Part shown: piece after piece, positions 10,178-20,190 of the stretch
Layout: the number at the start of each line of letters is the position of its first letter
Position numbering within the stretch: the stretch's first letter is position 1
Origin: a virus
Length of the DNA stretch: 64,000 nt
IMG/VR virus record: IMGVR_UViG_3300017698_000036
Location: 74,657-138,656 of that record
Reading direction: 5' to 3' (one strand)
Translations under genes and position numbers: made by a program
Notes under the pieces: model-generated
Seen by the model: the letters and a program-made list of their open reading frames with translations, nothing else
Told to the model about the DNA's origin: nothing
The model's database searches: none

Positions 10178-10584
10178 TAACAGCCAAACATATATTCGAT
10201 GAACCCAAGATCTATCCATGGGATGTATTGGATTGGGCCGAGGAAGGACAGGTCGAATATGAAGTTGACTTGTATCTCAGAAATACCGATATAACCCACC
10301 TACCTGATAACATGACGGTCAATGGTTATTTAAATCTCTACAGTACCAATATAACTCAACTACCTAAAGATCTACATGTTGGTGGCAACTTGTATCTCAA
10401 TGATACCAACATAACTCAACTACCTAAAGATCTACATGTTGGATATCATTTAGTTCTCTACGGTACCAATATGGCTCAATTACCTGAAGGTCTGTATGTT
10501 GGTGGTAATTTACATCTTGGGCACGATGACAATATTAAGATTCCTGATTCTGTGGTCATAAAAGGTACAATTTGGCGTACTTGA
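10171..10584 (+). CDS. LRR-like repeat protein, family copy 1
   Basis: MLVTAKHIFDEPKIYPWDVLDW N-terminus plus 20-aa repeats L-x-L-x2-TNIT-x-LP-x2-L-x-VGG; 60 bp near-perfect internal DNA repeat at about 10344-10443. Confidence 0.85.
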   Translation: MLVTAKHIFDEPKIYPWDVLDWAEEGQVEYEVDLYLRNTDITHLPDNMTVNGYLNLYSTNITQLPKDLHVGGNLYLNDTNITQLPKDLHVGYHLVLYGTNMAQLPEGLYVGGNLHLGHDDNIKIPDSVVIKGTIWRT

Positions 10585-10606
10585 AAAAATTAATTTAAAA
10601 TAATCC

Positions 10607-10635
10607 TTGACAATAAGAAAAATATATGGTATAAC
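10607..10635 (+). promoter_or_regulatory. sigma70-type early promoter
   Basis: TTGACA-17-TATAAC, preceded by aatcc. Confidence 0.85.
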
Positions 10636-10695
10636 TATAATAGAGGTAAAAACAGATTGTCTAACAATAAAGATAAAAAGGGAGAGCAAGAGGGG

Positions 10696-10827
10696 TTGAG
10701 TAATGTAAAATTCATTATTATAACGATTGTTTTCGTTATATTAGTGTTTTTATTGAATTATATTAATAAATTTAGTAACGAGGAATATGTGGTTAAACAT
10801 GTTATTCCAGAAAGTGTAGGTAGATAA
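10696..10827 (+). CDS. Small single-pass membrane ORF (43 aa, not in ORF track)
   Basis: GAGGGG then TTG; LSNVKFIIITIVFVILVFLLNYINKF...VGR-stop. Confidence 0.35.
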   Translation: MSNVKFIIITIVFVILVFLLNYINKFSNEEYVVKHVIPESVGR

Positions 10828-10846
10828 ACACATAAGGAGAAAAAAT

Positions 10847-11593
10847 ATGAAGATTGATATGGCTAAAATGAAGGCAGCTTTCAACAGACTTAATGGTAAA
10901 GGCGGATCTGGTGTTTGGTATAAGGCAACCGATGGAGATCAAATTAGAATCTTACCAACCGATGATGGAGTACCCCTCAAAGAGTATTTCTTTCACTACA
11001 ATGTTGGTGATAAGGGGTTTCTGTGTCCCAAGAGAAATTATCATCAGGACTGTCCTGTGTGCGATTTCGTAAGTGAGTTATTCAATTCCGGTGAAGAGGA
11101 CGAGAAGGAATTTGCAAAAAATATCATGGCCAAGCCCAGATATCACAGTATCGTCGCCGTTAGAGGTAAGGAGGGTGACGGTCCCAAGATCTGGGCCTAC
11201 TCTCCAACAGTATTCAAGTCCATCTTTGGTCTTATGTTGGATGAAGAGGATTTCGGGGATATAACAGCCGTAGAGTCCGGTAACGATCTTAAGGTTTCTG
11301 TTGGTAAACAAAAAGGTCAGAAATATGCAATGGCCACAGTAAGTCCTAAGCCTACTAAAACCCCATTATCTAAATCAACCAGTGGAAGCCTGAAGGATGA
11401 CGTAATTGATGTCCTTCTACGGGAGCAACCAGTCGTTCTAGACTATTTAGATAAACTTACTTCTGAAGAGGTAGGACTTAGACTCAAACAGTTGGTAGGT
11501 AAGGAAAAAGAGACTCAGGTTGAGGTTAATACCGCCAAATCTGGATCCATTGATGAGAAGAAGAAAGAGATCGACGAGTTTCTAAATCAATAG
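10847..11593 (+). CDS. T4 gp32-like single-stranded DNA-binding protein
   Basis: QIRILP, FHY-x-VG, CP-x7-CPVC, RY-x-S-x-V-x-VRG, PKIW, DFGDIT-x4-GNDL; AAGGAG RBS. Confidence 0.8.
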   Translation: MKIDMAKMKAAFNRLNGKGGSGVWYKATDGDQIRILPTDDGVPLKEYFFHYNVGDKGFLCPKRNYHQDCPVCDFVSELFNSGEEDEKEFAKNIMAKPRYHSIVAVRGKEGDGPKIWAYSPTVFKSIFGLMLDEEDFGDITAVESGNDLKVSVGKQKGQKYAMATVSPKPTKTPLSKSTSGSLKDDVIDVLLREQPVVLDYLDKLTSEEVGLRLKQLVGKEKETQVEVNTAKSGSIDEKKKEIDEFLNQ

Positions 11594-11671
11594 TAGGATA
11601 ATCGTTTCTTATATATTAACTTAGCTTAACATTTTTTTATTTCAATATACAATTAGGAGAAAAGAGGGACG

Positions 11672-12841
11672 ATGGCTAGAAAGACTAAAACTAGTAGTAA
11701 GAATACGTCCGGTATGAGTTTTAGAGAGAAGTACGCAAAGAAACATGGTGCCCTCTCTACGTCTGAAAACAGTGCGGTTGATATGTGGATTCCAACTGGT
11801 TCAAGATGGTTGGATTCCATTATTAACGCAGGATCAATGGCCGGCATTCCCACAGGTAAGATTACCGAGCTGGCAGGGGAGGAGTCAACCGGTAAGTCGT
11901 ATTTGGGTATGCAGATTGCAAAAAACGCTTTAGATATGGGCCTGATGGTAGTATATCTGGACTCTGAGTCTACATATGATGACACTTTCATGGAAAAGGT
12001 TGGGATAGACCCAGAGAATGAAAGGTTTATTCACGCACCAGCCGGAACAGTAGAGAACGTGTTTGAGGTTATAGACGATATGACTAAGGAGGCTATCGAG
12101 GCCGAGACCAGGGTTGTTGTTATATGGGACTCAGTGGCCAATACACCTTCAAAGGTAGAGATGGCAGGAGACTTCAACCCCAACTCATCCGTGGCCGTAA
12201 CCCCTAGAATTATTTCATTGGGGTTCAAAAAACTAACTCAGACGATGGGACAGACTAAGACCACGTTGATTTGTTTGAATCAACTTAAAACTAAAATTCA
12301 TACCGGACCCAATGCACATATTGCGGCAATGTTGGATCCATGGAGTGCCCCAGGGGGGAAAGGTATACCTTATAACGCTTCGATGAGAATATGGCTAACC
12401 AAGAGAAAGTCCAAATCTTCATTTGTTTATGACGACAATGGATACAGGATTGGATCCGAGGTTAAATGTACTATCAAGAAGTCACGGTTTGGTAGTGAGG
12501 GACGTGTTTGTACGTTTAAGATCCTTTGGGGAGGGGATGAGGTCCGTGTTGCCGATGAAGAGAGTTGGTTTGAGGCTCTTAAGACATCTGATAGTCTTTC
12601 GGTTGGTGCATGGTGTAATCTTCTCGACACTGACGGTAATGTCATTGGAGGTCAGTTTAGATCGAAAGATTGGTTAAAGAAGCTTGAGGATCCTGCGTTT
12701 AGAGCACGCGTGGAAGAGTTGATGGACGAGGAGGTTATATACAAATTCCACTCTAGGAAAGGTAAGGCTAGTGATTATTATACATTGGAAGATGATCGGG
12801 AGGGGGAACATCCTATTGAACCGACCATAGAAGAGGATTAA
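11672..12841 (+). CDS. recA: RecA/UvsX-like recombinase
   Basis: IPTGS-x2-LD, GIPTGKITELAGEESTGKS (Walker A), VVIWDSVA (Walker B), LICLNQL, PGGKGIPYNASMRI. Confidence 0.92.
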   Translation: MARKTKTSSKNTSGMSFREKYAKKHGALSTSENSAVDMWIPTGSRWLDSIINAGSMAGIPTGKITELAGEESTGKSYLGMQIAKNALDMGLMVVYLDSESTYDDTFMEKVGIDPENERFIHAPAGTVENVFEVIDDMTKEAIEAETRVVVIWDSVANTPSKVEMAGDFNPNSSVAVTPRIISLGFKKLTQTMGQTKTTLICLNQLKTKIHTGPNAHIAAMLDPWSAPGGKGIPYNASMRIWLTKRKSKSSFVYDDNGYRIGSEVKCTIKKSRFGSEGRVCTFKILWGGDEVRVADEESWFEALKTSDSLSVGAWCNLLDTDGNVIGGQFRSKDWLKKLEDPAFRARVEELMDEEVIYKFHSRKGKASDYYTLEDDREGEHPIEPTIEED

Positions 12842-12852
12842 TTTTTTAAACT

Positions 12853-12878
12853 AAGGGTCCGTAAGGGCCCTTCTTTAT
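12853..12878 (+). terminator. Hairpin (GNRA loop) with T-rich tail after recA
   Basis: AAGGGTCC-GTAA-GGGCCCTT followed by CTTTAT. Confidence 0.65.
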
Positions 12879-13865
12879 ATGGAGAGTAGATATAGGATGA
12901 GAAAGTTATATATAGATGGAAATAACACTTTTATTCGTCATTACACAGTCAATCCTGGTTTGAATGTTGATGGGTACCCTGTAGGCGGTATATTCGGTTT
13001 TCTTAGAGACGTGGGGAACCTTATGCACCTTAGTAGTCCGGATGAGGTGGTGATAGTCTGGGATGGTGAGGGTGGATCGGTAAAGAAACGTAAGATAATG
13101 AAGGAGTATAAGGAGGGACGTAAAGCTGTTTCTGGACCTAAACTAAATCGGGAGTATGAACTAGATCCGGGTGATGAAAAGTTAAACAGGTTCTTTCAAA
13201 TGGATAAGTTGAAAGAGTATTTGGATTACACACCTATTAAACAGGTGGAGTTGGATGGTATAGAGGCTGATGATATCTTGGCTTATTTAGTTCAAAGGGA
13301 CGCACGTAAGGGTCATAAGTGTGTGATCGTAAGTATGGATAAGGACTTCTTACAGTTGGTTGACAGTAATGTTGTCATTTATAGACCTGTGAAAAAGGAT
13401 GTATATACCGTTGATAAATTAGTAGAAGACTACGGTATCAGACCCAGAAACTTCGCTCTATATCGTTCTATGTTGGGTAAGGGAGATAAGAGCGACAATA
13501 TAAAAGGAATTCAGGGAGTGGGAGAAAAGACATTTCTTAAGTTCTTTCCTATGTTCTCGGAAGATCGTGATGTGAATATAAATGAGGTGGTTGATTTCTG
13601 TCGTACTAATAGAAAGAAGTCTGTAAAATACGAAAGATGTGTACAGGGATCGAATATTATAACACGTAATTATAGATTATCACAACTTTATTCCCCAATG
13701 ATAGGGTCTGATAAGGTTTTAGAGTTAGAGTCTCAACTAGATGACAATGATGGTAATTTTCAACATCACAATCTTATAATGTTGTTTAGAAAGGACGGGT
13801 TTCCCTTTATTGATGGTTTAGATAAGGCTTTTAGATACTTGAAGGGAATCGCGAAGAATTATTGA
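12879..13865 (+). CDS. 5'-3' exonuclease / flap endonuclease (T4 RNase H-like)
   Basis: LYIDGNN, VIVWDGEGGS-x2-RK-x4-YKEGR, EADD, SMDKDFLQLV, DKSDNIKGIQGVGEKT. Alternative start ATG 12897. Confidence 0.9.
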   Translation: MESRYRMRKLYIDGNNTFIRHYTVNPGLNVDGYPVGGIFGFLRDVGNLMHLSSPDEVVIVWDGEGGSVKKRKIMKEYKEGRKAVSGPKLNREYELDPGDEKLNRFFQMDKLKEYLDYTPIKQVELDGIEADDILAYLVQRDARKGHKCVIVSMDKDFLQLVDSNVVIYRPVKKDVYTVDKLVEDYGIRPRNFALYRSMLGKGDKSDNIKGIQGVGEKTFLKFFPMFSEDRDVNINEVVDFCRTNRKKSVKYERCVQGSNIITRNYRLSQLYSPMIGSDKVLELESQLDDNDGNFQHHNLIMLFRKDGFPFIDGLDKAFRYLKGIAKNY

Positions 13866-13877
13866 TGGAGTAGTATT

Positions 13878-14102
13878 ATGGAGTCTAGATGTCCCTACTG
13901 TAGAGAGATATATTGGAAGATATTTGTACAACGACCCTTTAAGGTTATTATAGATGGAGTACTTGAGACTGTGAATTTTGACAATGTACCTTATTGTCGA
14001 TTTTGTAAGAGAGATGTACTGGAGATTAAACATATCATAATGGTAGAGAACTATCTGGATAAGAAATATAACGGTAAGGCTATATGGAGGAGAGATGAGT
14101 AA
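13878..14102 (+). CDS. YgiT/MqsA-type zinc-ribbon protein without HTH
   Basis: CPYC...VNFDNVPYCRFC pattern. Confidence 0.45.
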   Translation: MESRCPYCREIYWKIFVQRPFKVIIDGVLETVNFDNVPYCRFCKRDVLEIKHIIMVENYLDKKYNGKAIWRRDE

Positions 14103-15936
14103 CGCAAACGGTGGTATGGTAAACTTTGCCAATTTCGGTACTAAGTTTCAAAGAAAATTAGGACAGGTTATGTTTGAGGAACATCTCTTCGCAGATCAGA
14201 TGTTTGAGGTACTGGAGAATGAGTTCTTTACCGTTGGTTACGTTAGAGAGTTTATTAGATCCATAAAGGACTACAAGGAGAAATATGGAGTATTTCCCTC
14301 GTATGATATAATGGATACCGTTATAACAACTCAGATGGATGATATGTCTGACATTGTTAAAAAACAGGTAATGGAATATTTCACCGATATGAAGAGTTCT
14401 GTTGTACAGGATAAGGAGTTCATAAAGGGAAATAGTTTAGACTTCTGTAAAAGACAAGCCTTAAAAAGGGCCCTCCTAGAGGTGGTGGGTTCGGTTGAGT
14501 CTGGTTCGTATGAAGATGCAGCCCGTACAATTGAATCCGCCCTGGCCTTGGGATCGAACAGAGATATGGGTCATACCATTATTGATGACTTCGAGGCCAG
14601 ATATATGTTACAGCCAAGAGTACCAATACCCACAGGACAGAAGGCCTTGGATGATCTTATCGGTGGTGGATTGGCTAAGAAGGAGTTCGGTATTTTCGTT
14701 GGTGGAACAGGATGCCACGCTAGGGGGGCGGAGATCATGTTGTATAGTGGTGATACACTATTGGTGGAGGATGTTAGGGTCGGTGAACTCCTCATGGGCC
14801 CTGATGGAAGAAGTAGGGTGGTTACGAGATTGTATAGAGGTACCTCTGACATGTATAGAATTACACCTGATGTAGGTAAATCTTTTGTGGTCAACGGAGA
14901 ACATATACTGTCCTTAAAACACTATAAGACTGGTAAGGTGGTGAATTTAAGTGTCAATGCTTACCGTGATAGGAACGATGAGTTTAAGTCTATTTATAAA
15001 TTGTACAAGGTTATAATTGATAGGGATTTGGGAGACGAATTTATTGATCGTCAACCAAGTAAGGATTCTCTATTATCAGATTTCAGACTAAGCTCAGAGG
15101 GGAGGGATGACTTTTTTGGGTTTAATCTTTCTGGTGATCATCTATATTTGATGTCTGATTTCACAGTCACACACAACTCAGGCAAGAGTATTCAAATGGT
15201 TAATTTCGCTACTGATGCTATTTTGAACGGATATAATGTAATTTATTATACCTTAGAACTTCAAGACAGTGTGGTGGGTAAAAGGTTTGATAGTTGTATA
15301 ACTGGATTCCCTATGAGTGAGTTAGACAGCAACAAGGAGTTTGTATATCAGGGTTTATCGGACAAGGTAACCGGTAAATTGATAATCAAAGAGTATCCGC
15401 CTGGTTACTGTACTGTGGCTATGATGAAGAATCATATTGAGAAAACGTCTAGAACCCTGTTCAAGCCGGATTTAATCATTGTGGATTATGCTGATATTAT
15501 GAAGGTGGTGGTCAGTAAGGGAGATTCGCGATATGATGCATTGGGATCCCTATATACTGAATTGAGGGGAATCGCCTCTCATTACAATGTGGCTTTATGG
15601 ACAGTATCTCAGGTTAACAGAACCGGGTACTCTTCTGAGTTAGTATCGGTTGATAATTTAAGCGACGCGTTCAATAAGGCCTTCATTGCCGATTTAATTG
15701 TGACTCTACAGAGAAGCCCTGCACAAAAACAAAAGAATGAGGCGACATTCTTCTTGGCTAAAAATCGTAATGGTCCTGACGGTATAATACTTAAGGGACG
15801 GGTTAATCCTGGATGTATGCAGGTTAATATTGATGGTGAGAAGTCGTTTGAGGAACATAGTACTGACCAGAAGGACCTACAGAAGGACCTTAAGGATAGG
15901 ATATTCAATAAATTCTCCAATCTCAAGAATTCTTAA
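14095..15936 (+). CDS. DnaB/T4 gp41-like replicative helicase with intein
   Basis: Walker A GGTG^SGKS split by intein; YYTLE, IIKEYP, LIIVDYAD, WTVSQVNR, KNRNGPDG. Confidence 0.9.
   Translation: MSNANGGMVNFANFGTKFQRKLGQVMFEEHLFADQMFEVLENEFFTVGYVREFIRSIKDYKEKYGVFPSYDIMDTVITTQMDDMSDIVKKQVMEYFTDMKSSVVQDKEFIKGNSLDFCKRQALKRALLEVVGSVESGSYEDAARTIESALALGSNRDMGHTIIDDFEARYMLQPRVPIPTGQKALDDLIGGGLAKKEFGIFVGGTGCHARGAEIMLYSGDTLLVEDVRVGELLMGPDGRSRVVTRLYRGTSDMYRITPDVGKSFVVNGEHILSLKHYKTGKVVNLSVNAYRDRNDEFKSIYKLYKVIIDRDLGDEFIDRQPSKDSLLSDFRLSSEGRDDFFGFNLSGDHLYLMSDFTVTHNSGKSIQMVNFATDAILNGYNVIYYTLELQDSVVGKRFDSCITGFPMSELDSNKEFVYQGLSDKVTGKLIIKEYPPGYCTVAMMKNHIEKTSRTLFKPDLIIVDYADIMKVVVSKGDSRYDALGSLYTELRGIASHYNVALWTVSQVNRTGYSSELVSVDNLSDAFNKAFIADLIVTLQRSPAQKQKNEATFFLAKNRNGPDGIILKGRVNPGCMQVNIDGEKSFEEHSTDQKDLQKDLKDRIFNKFSNLKNS
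14713..15177 (+). mobile_element. Mini-intein (155 aa) in helicase P-loop
   Basis: Starts CHARGAEI..VEDVRVGELLMGPDG, has VVNGEHILSL (block B), ends DFTVTHN before Ser; too short for a homing endonuclease. Confidence 0.92.
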
Positions 15937-16180
15937 GTCGATCTCCGTAGAGGTACCAAATTTACATTCTGACGTACTTTTACCATCATTGATGTAAAGA
16001 CACTAGTCATAGAAATAAACGTCAAAATGACCACTAAAAATTAGTTTAAAGGGTGTATTGATATTAATTCGGATAAATGGTTTGGTTTCGGAAATTTACC
16101 AACATATGTCATAATTAATTGTTACGCGGAGGCCGAATTGTTAACAGACTATAATAAGTTTTTATAAAATAGGAGATATA

Positions 16181-18592
16181 ATGGGAATGATCTATACGGA
16201 AGAACGGGTACGTGAGGCTACATTAAGTTACTTTGACGGAGATGAGTTGGCAACTAACGTCTTTATGTCAAAGTATTGTTTGAGAGATAGAGTGGGTAAT
16301 TTTTTAGAGTTAACCCCTGATGATATGCATCGGAGAATGGCGAAGGAGTTTTACAAGGCGGAGAGTGTCTACGGATCCTACATGACCGAGGAAGAGATCT
16401 ATAACCTATTTAAGGACTTTAGATATATAGTGCCGGGAGGTTCTATCATGTCTGGGTTGGGTGATGACGGTAGGTTGGTTAGTTTGAGTAACTGTACGGT
16501 TATTAAACCCCCCGAAGACAGTATAACCAGTATTATGGACACTGGTAGAGACATGGCCAATCTATTTAAGGCAAGGTGTGGAGTTGGAACTGACTTATCT
16601 CAATTAAGACCACATGGATATAGGGTTAATAATAGTGCGAAGTCATCTACGGGTGCTTGGTCTTTTGCAAACTACTATTCTGAGGTCACCAAGTCTATCG
16701 GACAATCTGGTCGCCGTGGAGCTCTTATGGTGTCCATGGATGTGTCTCATCCGGATATATTCAAGTTTGTTACATGTAAGAAGGATCTGTCTAAAGTAAC
16801 TGGTGCCAATATAAGTGTTAAGATTGATGACGAGTTTATGATGGCTGTCATGAATGATGATAAATATATGTTGAGGTGGAAAGAGTGCGAGGTCGAGATA
16901 GACGCTCTGGAACTTTGGAACACGATCGTCTCTACGGCTACCACGACGGCCGAACCCGGTATTCTGTTTTGGGATCATCATCTAGATTATAACCCAACTA
17001 GTGTATACGATGAGTTAAGGCCTTGCGGAACCAACCCCTGCGGCGAACTTCCTCTGTCCGATGGTGATGCCTGTAGGTTAATGGCCTGTAATCTGGTTCA
17101 TTTTGTCGAAAACCCATTTACCGACAAAGCCAGATTTAATTATGAAGAACTTAGAGACAGATTCACGAAGTTGACACGTCTAGGTGATGACTTGGTCGAT
17201 CTTGAGTTGGATAAAATAAAATTGATCATGGATAAGGCTCGAGCCGAAGGTGACGTCGGAGTATTGTCTTTGTGGGACAAGTTCTTAAAGAAAGGTGAGC
17301 AGGGAAGACGACTGGGACTGGGTGTATTGGGTTTGGCCGACACCCTAGCCAGTCTGAAATTGAGATACGATTCAAATCTGGCCATAACGGAGGTCGATAA
17401 GATATTTAAGACAATCTTAGAGACCACCTATGAGACATCTATCCAGTTGGCCAAGGAAAGAGGTCCGTTCCCCCTGTTCGATTGGGAAAAAGAAAAGGAT
17501 AATGAGTTTATAAAGTCGTTACCTCAAAAGATAAGACACGATATGGCTCAATACGGTAGAAGGAACAGTACTTTGTTAACATGTGCACCCACCGGTTCTG
17601 GAAGTCTACTGGCCAAAGTATCATCGGGAATCGAACCAGTATTTCAAAATGATTATAAGAGAAGAAGAAAACTGGACAGTTCGGTAACCGGAGAGGGTAT
17701 CATTACAATGGCCGATGGACAGAAGTTCGAGGAGTACGTGGTATATCATCACAACGTTCAGGACTTTATCAATAATCATAACAACGGTGATAAGGAACTC
17801 CCAGACTACTTTGTAACATCTGCGGATATAGATTGGCGTCAAAGAGTTAAGATTCAAGCTACAATTCAAAGATATATTGACAGTTCCATCAGTTCTACTA
17901 TAAATCTCCCTAGAGGTACTTCGTCCAGTGTTGTGGGTGATATTTACCTAGAGGCCTGGAAGCAAAAACTGAAAGGTGTCACTGTGTATGTGGAAGGATC
18001 CAGAGAGGGAGTCCTAGTTGCTACTGATACAGAGGAAGAACGAAAATACCACGATCCCATCAGACGACCAGATGAGTTGGAGTGTGAGATACATCATACG
18101 TCTGTTAAGGGTGAGAAGTGGGTAGTGTTCGTGGGAATGTTGAATGACAAACCCTATGAGGTATTTGGTGGTTTAAGTGAGTATATTGATTTGAGTAAGA
18201 AGTACACAAGCGGCCATATCGTGAAGAGAACCTACAAGACTAAACACAACAGGTACGACTTGATAATCAATAAGGATCGAGAGGACGAAATTACTATTAA
18301 GAATATTGTTAAAATGTTTGAAAACCCCAACCATGGTGTTCTGGGAAGATTAATCAGTCTGTCTCTGAGACATGGTGCTCGTTCTGCATACGTAACCGAT
18401 CAACTATTCAAGGATACTGAATTTGACTTTACAACCTATAGTAAAGTGATGGGTCGAATTCTGAAGAAGTATATCGGTGACGGAGAGGAGCCGGAGACGG
18501 AAGAGCACTGTAAAGATTGTGGTGGTAAGATGATATTCCAGGGAGGCTGTAAAGAGTGCGAGGGTTGTGGAAATTCGTACTGTTCCGGTTAA
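16181..18592 (+). CDS. nrdJ: Class II (B12-dependent) ribonucleotide reductase
   Basis: SLSNCTV, GANISV, TNPCGELPL, ACRL, TCAPTGS, SSISSTINLP, C-terminal CKDC/CEGC; no beta subunit gene adjacent. Confidence 0.88.
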   Translation: MGMIYTEERVREATLSYFDGDELATNVFMSKYCLRDRVGNFLELTPDDMHRRMAKEFYKAESVYGSYMTEEEIYNLFKDFRYIVPGGSIMSGLGDDGRLVSLSNCTVIKPPEDSITSIMDTGRDMANLFKARCGVGTDLSQLRPHGYRVNNSAKSSTGAWSFANYYSEVTKSIGQSGRRGALMVSMDVSHPDIFKFVTCKKDLSKVTGANISVKIDDEFMMAVMNDDKYMLRWKECEVEIDALELWNTIVSTATTTAEPGILFWDHHLDYNPTSVYDELRPCGTNPCGELPLSDGDACRLMACNLVHFVENPFTDKARFNYEELRDRFTKLTRLGDDLVDLELDKIKLIMDKARAEGDVGVLSLWDKFLKKGEQGRRLGLGVLGLADTLASLKLRYDSNLAITEVDKIFKTILETTYETSIQLAKERGPFPLFDWEKEKDNEFIKSLPQKIRHDMAQYGRRNSTLLTCAPTGSGSLLAKVSSGIEPVFQNDYKRRRKLDSSVTGEGIITMADGQKFEEYVVYHHNVQDFINNHNNGDKELPDYFVTSADIDWRQRVKIQATIQRYIDSSISSTINLPRGTSSSVVGDIYLEAWKQKLKGVTVYVEGSREGVLVATDTEEERKYHDPIRRPDELECEIHHTSVKGEKWVVFVGMLNDKPYEVFGGLSEYIDLSKKYTSGHIVKRTYKTKHNRYDLIINKDREDEITIKNIVKMFENPNHGVLGRLISLSLRHGARSAYVTDQLFKDTEFDFTTYSKVMGRILKKYIGDGEEPETEEHCKDCGGKMIFQGGCKECEGCGNSYCSG

Positions 18593-18635
18593 TATCCCCA
18601 CTTTCTTTCCTTTCTAATAATTCTTAAAATAATAC

Positions 18636-18663
18636 TTGACAATTGAATAAAATGGGGTATAAC
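18636..18663 (+). promoter_or_regulatory. sigma70-type early promoter
   Basis: TTGACA-16-TATAAC, with GGGG before the -10; closely similar to the 21606 and 51805 promoters. Confidence 0.85.
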
Positions 18664-18717
18664 TAAGGTATTGGTGGACTAACAATTTTCACCGTTAACA
18701 TAGGAAGGATTTAAAAT

Positions 18718-19305
18718 ATGACATGTATTATTGGTTTAGTAGATAAAGACGGAAAGACTTACTTGGCTGGTGACAGTATGGGATATGCCAATGTTTCATG
18801 GGGAACCCCGGTATCCAATCCCAAGGTTTTCAAGGTAAAAGATAAACCCATTGTGTTGGGATACACTACAAGTTTTAGGATGGGCCAATTGTTGGAATTT
18901 CATCCTGAGATATTTCCAGATCTACATAGAGACAAAACTGAATACACACGTGAATATATTATCAGGGAGGTAATTCCTAGATTACAGGGACTCTATAGAG
19001 AGTCTGGATGGGGTAAGAAAGATGGTGATGGGGCCGCAGATGGAGGAACTTTCCTAATTGGTGTCCCCGGAGCCGTTTATACCGTACAGGACAATTTTGC
19101 AGTACTGGAACATATCCATGGTTATGAGGCCTGTGGGTGTGGTTGTTACGCCGCCTGTGCCTCGGTAGCTACATCTTGTAAAAATGGTGTAGAGGATCCA
19201 AAAACGATCCTCAAGGCCGCCATGGAAGTTACCGTACAGTACTCTCCTGGGGTTCAACCTCCATTTCACTATGTAACAACAGATGGTGAGGCTGGAGAGT
19301 TGTAA
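18718..19305 (+). CDS. HslV/proteasome beta-like Ntn peptidase
   Basis: M-T-CIIG N-terminal Thr, LAGDS, NPKVF, GGTFL, YEACGCG (usually GSG). Confidence 0.65.
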   Translation: MTCIIGLVDKDGKTYLAGDSMGYANVSWGTPVSNPKVFKVKDKPIVLGYTTSFRMGQLLEFHPEIFPDLHRDKTEYTREYIIREVIPRLQGLYRESGWGKKDGDGAADGGTFLIGVPGAVYTVQDNFAVLEHIHGYEACGCGCYAACASVATSCKNGVEDPKTILKAAMEVTVQYSPGVQPPFHYVTTDGEAGEL

Positions 19306-19493
19306 TGGGGTTTATCAAATATTTACTAAAATCCATTTGGCGATGGTTTAAGCAGTTGGGTTTCATTATTATAATATTTCCGTTCTTTCCAATATTGTGG
19401 GTTTATCTAATGCTGGCCGACAAGAAGGAGGAGTATGACAACCATATTGCAAACGAGAAATTACACAAAAAAGATAAGTCTGGAGATTTGTGA
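19305..19493 (+). CDS. Small membrane protein
   Basis: LGFIIIIFPFFPILWVYLML hydrophobic segment; TAATG overlap with upstream gene. Confidence 0.5.
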   Translation: MGFIKYLLKSIWRWFKQLGFIIIIFPFFPILWVYLMLADKKEEYDNHIANEKLHKKDKSGDL

Positions 19494-19849
19494 TGATTAT
19501 CAGGTTGCGTGAGTATGACAAGAAGGGCTTTAGAATGTTTACCATTTTTGATACGGAGGGTATGGACTTGTATGTCTTCTTGGTTCAATTAAAGGCTCAC
19601 TTAACGTCCAATTTGGTTACTTGGAGCGATTCAGAAGATAAGTGTCGTGTGTCAAAGATAGATTTTGATTATTTTGATCAAATAGCCGAAGAGTATGGTA
19701 TGCGTGTTGATGAGCTAATTTGTGAGATAGAGGATATGGACTTTTGTGTATCTATCGACAACGTCGCACAGTTTGTTGTGATAGGTTGTTCAAGACCAAC
19801 GTACAATGATGGTAAGCGCTCGCTATTTTCAGAGGTGTATCATGAATAG
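19490..19849 (+). CDS. DG-SLFS family protein 1
   Basis: Ends NDGKRSLFSEVYHE; FDYFDQIAEEYGMRVDELICEI resembles a segment of the 20191 protein. Confidence 0.7.
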   Translation: MMIIRLREYDKKGFRMFTIFDTEGMDLYVFLVQLKAHLTSNLVTWSDSEDKCRVSKIDFDYFDQIAEEYGMRVDELICEIEDMDFCVSIDNVAQFVVIGCSRPTYNDGKRSLFSEVYHE

Positions 19850-20189
19850 TTGGAGAGATAGATGTTTTATGTTGTATTACGAAGAAGAGCTCGGCCGAAT
19901 GAACGCAGTAGTAAACATGACCAATTACAATGACTGGCCATTAACTGAGGATAAGTTAATTAGGGATTGTCGATGGGCTTGGGATATGTTACAGTATTAT
20001 AACGGGCCCGGTGTAAGATACCGTTCAGAGGCTCTAGATTATTTTAATTTAGAATTCAACTTCAACCTTTCAATTGAAGACCTGTTGGGTGATTCGTATT
20101 TTATAAAAGAACAAGATTCAGAGTTTTTGATTTATAAGATTGAACCCAGTAATGACGGTAAACACTCACTATTTTCAGAGGTGTATTGA
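19842..20189 (+). CDS. DG-SLFS family protein 2
   Basis: Start follows GAGGTG inside the previous gene's tail; ends NDGKHSLFSEVY. Confidence 0.7.
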   Translation: MNSWRDRCFMLYYEEELGRMNAVVNMTNYNDWPLTEDKLIRDCRWAWDMLQYYNGPGVRYRSEALDYFNLEFNFNLSIEDLLGDSYFIKEQDSEFLIYKIEPSNDGKHSLFSEVY

Positions 20190-20190
20190 G

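Noticed and set aside
15937-16180. 244 bp intergenic region before nrdJ as a cobalamin riboswitch or NrdR box
   Set aside because: No B12-box or other cobalamin riboswitch motifs and no convincing NrdR palindrome; only short weak inverted repeats.
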